From: an uncultured Gammaproteobacteria bacterium
GTDB lineage: Bacteria > Patescibacteriota > Microgenomatia > UBA1406 > HO2-37-13b
Assembly: GCA_964413645.1 (NCBI GenBank)
Contig: CAYPSA010000006.1
Span: 6,123-70,122, forward strand
Direction of reading: 5' to 3'
DNA length: 64,000 nucleotides
Shown: one piece after another, positions 62,434 to 64,000 of the stretch
How the letters are laid out: each line of letters starts with the position of its first letter
How positions within the stretch are numbered: the first letter of the stretch is position 1
Program-made: the position numbers and the translations under genes
Notes under the pieces: generated by a model
Database searches by the model: none
The model's input: only the letters and a program-made list of their open reading frames with translations
What the model was told of the DNA's origin: nothing

Positions 62434-62454
62434 AGTGGGTATATTGTATAACGC

Positions 62455-63516
62455 TTAGGCCGACATATCAATTACAAGGTGGGGGAGTTTGCCGAGCTTA
62501 ATTTTTTCTTCATTCGTTTTGGTAATAATCGTTTGATACTTCCCTATTAGGTCAATTACGTATTCCCTATTAATATCATCAAGTTCTGAGAAAATGTCAT
62601 CAAGAAGTAATAATGGACGAATAGTAAAAGTCTCTTCGTAGAGCTTGAGCTCGTTAACGATAATCCAAAAAAGTGCAAGTCGTTGCTCGGACCGACTTCC
62701 GAATTGATGCACATTCTTTTTTTCCGGATTTTTTTGGAGTAAGTTTTTTTGAATAATTTCGTATGAATCTCGTTGCGGTCCAACTCGAGTGGATTTAAGT
62801 AAATATTGTTTTTCAAATGTTTCTTCGAGAGTTTTTTTTGACATTTCTTTTTTTGAATATTCCAGTTTAAATTCATGATTAGTAACCTGAACTCCAGTAT
62901 TGAGTTTTTCTACAAACCATTCGCGTTTTGCACAAATATAGTTTGCCTGTTCGATTAAGTAATCATCCCAAAACGACAACTCATCACGAAGTTTATTTAC
63001 ATCATGCACTTTTTCTAAAATTTTATTTCTCTTACGAAGTGCAGTTTCATAATTGTGTAATCTTTTTTTATATTCAATATCTAATTTTGAAAGAATGCGA
63101 TCAATGAATTTTCTGCGACTTGCCGGATCGCCATCAATTATATGTACAAGTTTCGGAGTAAAGAAAACGGAGGGGATTGTTTGCTTGGAATATTCAAAAA
63201 GGCGTTTTTGTGTTTTGTTAATACTAAAGACTTTTTTAACAGCGACTCCCCTTTCCAAATAAATTCGAAAAAGTGTTCCGGCATCTTCTTGAATGATTTC
63301 TCCCTCAATAGTCGAGACGATTTGCCCAAGTGAAATTAGCTCGTCTTGTTTTTCATCTTTAATTCCACTTCCCGTCATTAGTAAATAAATTGATTCAAGG
63401 ATATTTGTTTTTCCAACAGAATTGGGACCGGTAATAATGGTGACATTTTTATGGAGCTCATTCTGCTTTTGAGAGATGTTGCGGAAGTTAAGTAATGAGA
63501 TTTTTGTTAGAAGCAT
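62455..63516 (-). CDS. recF: DNA replication and repair protein RecF
   Basis: LLNFRN...ITGPNSVGKTNILE Walker A and the SMC-like signature region. TATAAT lies 6 nt upstream of the ATG. Confidence 0.9.
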   Translation of the reverse strand: MLLTKISLLNFRNISQKQNELHKNVTIITGPNSVGKTNILESIYLLMTGSGIKDEKQDELISLGQIVSTIEGEIIQEDAGTLFRIYLERGVAVKKVFSINKTQKRLFEYSKQTIPSVFFTPKLVHIIDGDPASRRKFIDRILSKLDIEYKKRLHNYETALRKRNKILEKVHDVNKLRDELSFWDDYLIEQANYICAKREWFVEKLNTGVQVTNHEFKLEYSKKEMSKKTLEETFEKQYLLKSTRVGPQRDSYEIIQKNLLQKNPEKKNVHQFGSRSEQRLALFWIIVNELKLYEETFTIRPLLLLDDIFSELDDINREYVIDLIGKYQTIITKTNEEKIKLGKLPHLVIDMSA

Positions 63517-63543
63517 TTATGTATTATACAGGAGAGTATCTAT

Positions 63544-64000
63544 TTACGAGCTCCGGGGGCTCGTAATGGAGTTGGAGATTACAGTGCCGGTGAATGGTTT
63601 GTTATTAATGATATTACTTACGTTCTCTAAATTCTTTCCGTTACAAATGACTACTTTTAAATTTAGTCGATTGGCAAGTTTTGAAGCGATTGGGTCAAAC
63701 GGCGTATTTGCTCCGGGGGTCCAACTGGTTCCAACAATATTTTGAAAATCAGGCCAGTTTATACTCTCAATTCTCTTTGCATCTGTATGCGCTTTGGGGT
63801 CTTTATCGTACGCATAGTCAATATTTGAAAGATTAATAATTAGATTTGCGCCGTAATCACGAGCTAAAATAACTGCATCATAATCTGTCGACCAGCCTGG
63901 TTTCCATCCGGCTCCTATTACTAACGGTTCAGGATGAGTTGAGAGCTTATGTTCATAATTTTCAATAATGCGTGGGTGAGCAATGTCTTTAAAAATTGTT
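63544..64000 (-). CDS. pyrH: UMP kinase, 5'-partial (runs off the window)
   Basis: My translation of the minus strand gives ...PLVIGAGWKPGWSTDYDAVILARDYGANLIINLSNIDYAYDKDP...KVVICNGKNLENV...*. This is an amino-acid-kinase fold with a PG(W)STD motif. It is absent from the ORF track because the start lies beyond nt 64000. Confidence 0.7.
   Translation of the reverse strand, partial: TIFKDIAHPRIIENYEHKLSTHPEPLVIGAGWKPGWSTDYDAVILARDYGANLIINLSNIDYAYDKDPKAHTDAKRIESINWPDFQNIVGTSWTPGANTPFDPIASKLANRLNLKVVICNGKNLENVSNIINNKPFTGTVISNSITSPRSS

Noticed and set aside
61049-62454. An integrated mobile element or genomic island at tRNA-Ser was considered.
   Set aside because: No integrase, transposase or phage genes are present, and I found no direct repeat of the tRNA 3' end downstream of the hydrolase gene. 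Only a single atypical-composition gene is present, so it is reported as possible horizontal transfer and not as a mobile element.
63546-63564. A GC-rich hairpin (ACGAGC-CCCCGGA-GCTCGT) at the 3' end of pyrH was considered as a rho-independent terminator.
   Set aside because: It lies within the last codons plus the stop of pyrH and is not followed by a U-tract. The recF promoter follows immediately. It may slow read-through, but it does not meet intrinsic-terminator criteria.
1-64000. An alternative genetic code (UGA recoding, as in some CPR lineages) was considered.
   Set aside because: Several well-conserved genes end at the expected length on TGA (zur 6465-6467, znuC 8129-8131, the UbiA-family gene 21793-21795, rpsT 44946-44948). 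Conserved proteins show no in-frame TGA interruptions, so the standard bacterial code fits.

Overview
AT-rich bacterial window in the standard genetic code (TGA closes several intact genes). It is densely packed with about 75 genes, many with overlapping or abutting stop and start codons. I saw no rRNA, CRISPR array, transposase or integrase.

The left ~25 kb is accessory or metabolic:
- a partial Thr/Ser-rich surface protein;
- YibE/F plus zur-znuABC with a palindromic operator;
- MscL, an ABC-F ATPase and an APC permease;
- a five-gene carotenoid-type cluster (crtI, crtB, UbiA-family prenyltransferase, GT2 glycosyltransferase, polyprenyl synthase);
- Cys-rich membrane-anchored proteins.

The right ~39 kb is housekeeping: typA, efp, hrcA-grpE-dnaK-dnaJ behind a CIRCE element, rpsO-pnp, ftsK, mltG, murJ, rpsT fused into an operon with PilN/PilO-like and surface-protein genes, LCP, tpiA, two UvrD-type helicases (one fused to a Cas4/AddB-like nuclease), femAB-like, dnaG-rpoD, tRNA-Ser(CGA), recF and partial pyrH.

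The gene content suggests a small-genome, Gram-positive-type-wall lineage such as Patescibacteria/CPR. Supporting features are FemAB, LCP and MurJ, a short HrcA, a zinc-finger-less DnaJ, a cluster-less MutY, an archaeal-looking PyrH motif and an AMP/thymidine-phosphorylase-like gene. This is inference only; there is no marker rRNA in the window.

Most notable observations:
1. A -10 box sits 5-8 nt upstream of the ATG at many genes, implying leaderless mRNAs and correcting several ORF-track starts.
2. Two pairs of a 15-nt perfect palindrome (CAACCTAAGAGGTTG) lie 3.2 kb apart, one pair translated inside a nuclease gene.
3. The carotenoid-type cluster is unexpected in an otherwise reduced-looking genome.
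4. The rpsT-coupled PilN/O-like surface operon ends in two proteins that share a C-terminal sorting-like motif.
5. A tandem pair of unrecognised 4-Cys small paralogs looks G+C-richer by eye.
6. A tRNA-like acceptor/T-arm mimic lies between rpsO and pnp.

All protein calls rest on motif recognition by eye, with no database search.
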